Below are positions 61,236 to 64,000 of a DNA stretch of 64,000 nucleotides, one piece after another. The stretch is taken from contig JAWKOD010000002.1 in NCBI GenBank assembly GCA_041391385.1, forward strand, positions 173,659 to 237,658, given 5' to 3'. The position numbers and the translations under genes were made by a program. The notes beneath the pieces are model-generated. The model was given only the letters and a program-made list of their open reading frames with translations. It was not told the DNA's origin and did not search any database. This DNA is from Bdellovibrionota bacterium. GTDB taxonomy: Bacteria > Bdellovibrionota > UBA2428. Numbering within the stretch: position 1 is the first letter of the stretch; each line of letters starts with the position of its first letter.

Positions 61236-61571
61236 GTGGAAGCTACTCCGAAGAACGTCATCGACTATGAAACAGTGGGCGGGAAGTGTCCGCTTCGCGA
61301 ATGGTTAGATGAGTTGGATGCTTCTACCATTGCTCGGATAGAGGCGAGGCTTCAAAGAGTTGCCTTCGGAAATTTTGGAGATGCGAAATCTGTGGGGCAA
61401 GGGGTGAGTGAGCTTCGTATGAAATTTGGAAGTGGATATAGAGTTTACTTCGCTCAGTTTGGAAACGAAATTGTCGTACTCTTGTGTGGAGGAGATAAAT
61501 CCTCTCAAGATAGCGACATAAAAGTAGCAAAGGAATATTGGGAAGATTTTAAAAGGAGAAACAATGCTTAA
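61236..61571 (+). CDS. RelE/ParE-family toxin (addiction module killer type)
   Basis: CPLREWLDEL...ARLQRVAFGNFGDAKSVGQGVSELRMKFGSGYRVYF...LLCGGDKSSQDSDI. Confidence 0.92.
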   Translation: MEATPKNVIDYETVGGKCPLREWLDELDASTIARIEARLQRVAFGNFGDAKSVGQGVSELRMKFGSGYRVYFAQFGNEIVVLLCGGDKSSQDSDIKVAKEYWEDFKRRNNA

Positions 61572-61890
61572 AGGTGGAAGGTCTCATAAAAAATCTTTGG
61601 GTGAATGGCTTAAAAAAAGTCCAGACAATCAAAGAGAATATCTTAAAGCTCAGCTTGAAGAAAATGCTGATATGCCTGAAGTGATTGTTGCTGCAATTCG
61701 CGAAATTGCTGAAGCTCGTGGTTATGAGGTGTTGGCAAAAGAAGCGGGGCTCAGCCAAAAGGCTCTCTACAAAATTCTTGATGATACAAAAGAAGCGAAA
61801 CCTCGTTTTGAAACTATTTCAAAAATCATTCAAGCTCTTGGACTACGCTTTACTGTAGAAGCTAATCCTTACAGGACGAGGTTGGGGTAA
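61564..61890 (+). CDS. HTH antitoxin (addiction module antidote type)
   Basis: YLKAQLE...AAIREIAEARG..VLAKEAGLSQKALYKIL...KPRFETISKIIQALG; overlaps the toxin stop. Confidence 0.9.
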   Translation: MLKGGRSHKKSLGEWLKKSPDNQREYLKAQLEENADMPEVIVAAIREIAEARGYEVLAKEAGLSQKALYKILDDTKEAKPRFETISKIIQALGLRFTVEANPYRTRLG

Positions 61891-61897
61891 AATTTTT

Positions 61898-61927
61898 TGT
61901 AGCCACTGCTGAGCCAAAAAGTAGCCA
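61898..61927 (+). repeat. TGTAGCCA-like motifs (right end), putative integrase arm sites
   Basis: TGTAGCCACT 61898, CTGAGCCA 61909 and AGTAGCCA 61920. Confidence 0.6.
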
Positions 61928-62047
61928 ACCACAGAGAGTGTGTGAAATCTGGAGAAATCTCGTCGCTTCGAAAACTTCTCCTCTGCCGTTTGTTATGTAT
62001 CTGAGTTCCTTGGGGTCTAGGGATCAATCCATTTTGACTTGCCGTCA

Positions 62048-62139
<92 letters not shown>

Positions 62140-62218
62140 GACGCTATTTGGGCAAAGTCTTTTTAAATGTATACCTTAAAACTTTGAATTTGACCTGCTT
62201 TGTTATATTGTTTTTTCA

Positions 62219-62314
62219 GAGCTCGGCCCCTACGGGTTAGTTTTTGGAAACTCCGCCAGGTCCGGAAGGAAGCAACGGTACTAAAAACTTCTCTTGGTAG
62301 GGTAAACCGGGCTC
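62219..62314 (+). ncRNA. ffs: Signal recognition particle RNA (4.5S)
   Basis: Conserved GCCAGGTCCGGAAGGAAGCAAC domain IV core; ends pair (GAGCTCGG/CCGGGCTC). Confidence 0.93.
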
Positions 62315-62330
62315 GCTTTATTTGTGGGCT

Positions 62331-63419
62331 TTATTCAGACTGCCCCTTGAGTCTTAGACGCGTAATCTCAAACAATCCATACATTAAAAGAAGGATTACT
62401 GGGCCCCAGGCTGCGAGAGCTGGGTTTACAAAGCCTTCTGCAGCAAGGTTGATACAGTAAGAATAAAGAATCCATAAAAAGAGGCTGCCGATTGTAATAA
62501 AGGTGAGGTCTTTGGCGAGGTTGTTACCTCGTCTAAATTTAAGAGTTCTGGGGAGGGCCAATAGCAGCAGAATAAAGGATAAAGCCAGGTAACTTAGGCG
62601 GCTATGGAAGGTGCTCTCCCAGAGTGATGTGTTGATGCCCATTTGTTTGTAGCGTTTCATTGTCTGCATGAGTTCGCCTTGCGTTAGAACTTCTGGGTTG
62701 AAGTCAAAGCGAACAAGGTCCACGGGTGCTTCCATTAGATGGTTATCGAGTGAGTCAAAATGTTGAAGGTTTGATTGTTCAAGCTCATTGCTGACAAAGA
62801 CCTCAGTTCCTTCAAGGAGAAGCCAGTTCTTTCCGTTCCAGATGGCTCTTTTGGCATTTGTTATTTTGCTGAGCTGAAAATTAGCATCAAATTCGTAGAG
62901 GGCCACATCGAGTAGCTCTTGTTTTTGCGCATTGTAAAATCCGACGTTATAGAGAACGTCTCCACTTTTATACCAAATCTTTTCTTGCCTCATTTGGCCG
63001 ACGCTCGAAACCTTGCCCTTTATCTTATCAATAAGGATCTGGTGCTCTTTTAGTCCCTTTGGAGCCAATTCCATTGAAATCAGTAAAAAAGGAATGCCAG
63101 TAATAAATACTGTGGCAAAAAGTGGAAGGATGAGGTCGCGATAACGAACACCAAAGGATTCAAAGGCAACAATTTCTCGGTTGCGGTTCATGCCCCTAAA
63201 TACAATGACGGTGGCAACAACAAGTGCAACGGGGAAAACGAGTTGCAAATATGAGGGGGTTTTGTAGGCAAAGGCCAGCACCGAAAGCATGAATGATCCT
63301 TGGAGCTTAAAAACGCTCCCGAGCCACTCCGCTAAAAGAGGAAAAAAACTCAAGCCAAGCCATAGGGGAAGAAAGGTTTTGAGAATTTCAAAAAGCACAT
63401 ATCTGCCAAAAATTCCCAT
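62331..63419 (-). CDS. lptG: LptF/LptG-family LPS export permease
   Basis: IFGRYVLFEILK, P.YLQLVFP, RNREIVAFESFG, periplasmic beta-jellyroll region and PALAAWGP. Confidence 0.85.
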   Translation of the reverse strand: MGIFGRYVLFEILKTFLPLWLGLSFFPLLAEWLGSVFKLQGSFMLSVLAFAYKTPSYLQLVFPVALVVATVIVFRGMNRNREIVAFESFGVRYRDLILPLFATVFITGIPFLLISMELAPKGLKEHQILIDKIKGKVSSVGQMRQEKIWYKSGDVLYNVGFYNAQKQELLDVALYEFDANFQLSKITNAKRAIWNGKNWLLLEGTEVFVSNELEQSNLQHFDSLDNHLMEAPVDLVRFDFNPEVLTQGELMQTMKRYKQMGINTSLWESTFHSRLSYLALSFILLLLALPRTLKFRRGNNLAKDLTFITIGSLFLWILYSYCINLAAEGFVNPALAAWGPVILLLMYGLFEITRLRLKGQSE

Positions 63420-63481
63420 CCCTTACAGGGTAATGACCTCCTAGTGGATACTCAAGGCCTAATCGGATAGGCTTTGGAAAT

Positions 63482-64000
63482 ATGGCCGAAAAATCTGACG
63501 ATAAGAAGAATATTAAAAGTAGCTTTTGGTGGCGCGAAGCTGTGGGGATTTTTTGGACTATAGCCTTTATCGTTTTTTTGCGAGTTTACATTTTAGAGCC
63601 CTATGTCATTCCATCCGAGAGCATGGTGCCTACTTTGCTTGTGGGCGATCACGTTTTTGTGGCTCGAGGCGCCTATGACTTTAAACTTCCACTTACGAAC
63701 ACATCGCTTGTAAAAGTTTCTGATCCTAAGCGTGGAGATGTTGTTGTCTTTGATTACCCTCGTCAAGAAGACGAAGAGAATGCGGGTAAGTTTTTTGTAA
63801 AAAGAGTTATTGGAGTTCCCGGCGATACGATCGTTGTTAAACGTGGAGTGCCTTGGGTTCAAGAGAAGATATTAACTCAGACAAGTGTTTCTTCTGAAGA
63901 AAGCGCTAAGGAAATTAATGGATTTAAATTAGATCCAAGAAACGAGCTTTATCGGGAAGTTATTCCAAATGCGCGTGAGCCTTTTCATTGGGTACAGCGC
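63482..64000 (+). CDS. lepB: Signal peptidase I (runs off the window end)
   Basis: TM segment then EPYVIPSESMVPTLLVGDH (catalytic Ser), PKRGDVVVF and FVKRVIGVPGD (catalytic Lys). Confidence 0.95.
   Translation, partial: MAEKSDDKKNIKSSFWWREAVGIFWTIAFIVFLRVYILEPYVIPSESMVPTLLVGDHVFVARGAYDFKLPLTNTSLVKVSDPKRGDVVVFDYPRQEDEENAGKFFVKRVIGVPGDTIVVKRGVPWVQEKILTQTSVSSEESAKEINGFKLDPRNELYREVIPNAREPFHWVQR

Overview
Bacterial chromosomal window, AT-rich. The gene mix (lone CpaF, GYF_2 and PilZ proteins, many orphan secreted proteins) suggests a Bdellovibrionota/deltaproteobacteria-like organism; this is inference. Most of it is housekeeping: carA/carB, greA, recG, tatA, dusB, mutY, rpmB, eno, ampG, rapA, upp, mscS, recR-ybaB-dnaX, lptF/G-family permease, lepB, tRNA-Asn, tRNA-Ser and SRP RNA. 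The main accessory feature is a ~7.8 kb integrative element (~54.2-62.05 kb) at the 3' end of tRNA-Ser(TGA). It carries a tyrosine integrase, an excisionase, a Replic_Relax-type protein next to a perfect 28-bp hairpin, a translationally coupled membrane/metallophosphoesterase cargo operon and a RelE-type toxin-antitoxin pair, with TGTAGCCA repeats at both ends. Other notable items: a REP-like repeat family that overlaps stop codons, a rod-shaped 6S-like ncRNA candidate, a URC1-URC4-upp uracil cluster, and a putative peptidoglycan amidase plus secreted partner divergent from ampG. Several conserved genes carry clustered 1-nt indels, most likely consensus sequencing errors. No CRISPR array was seen.
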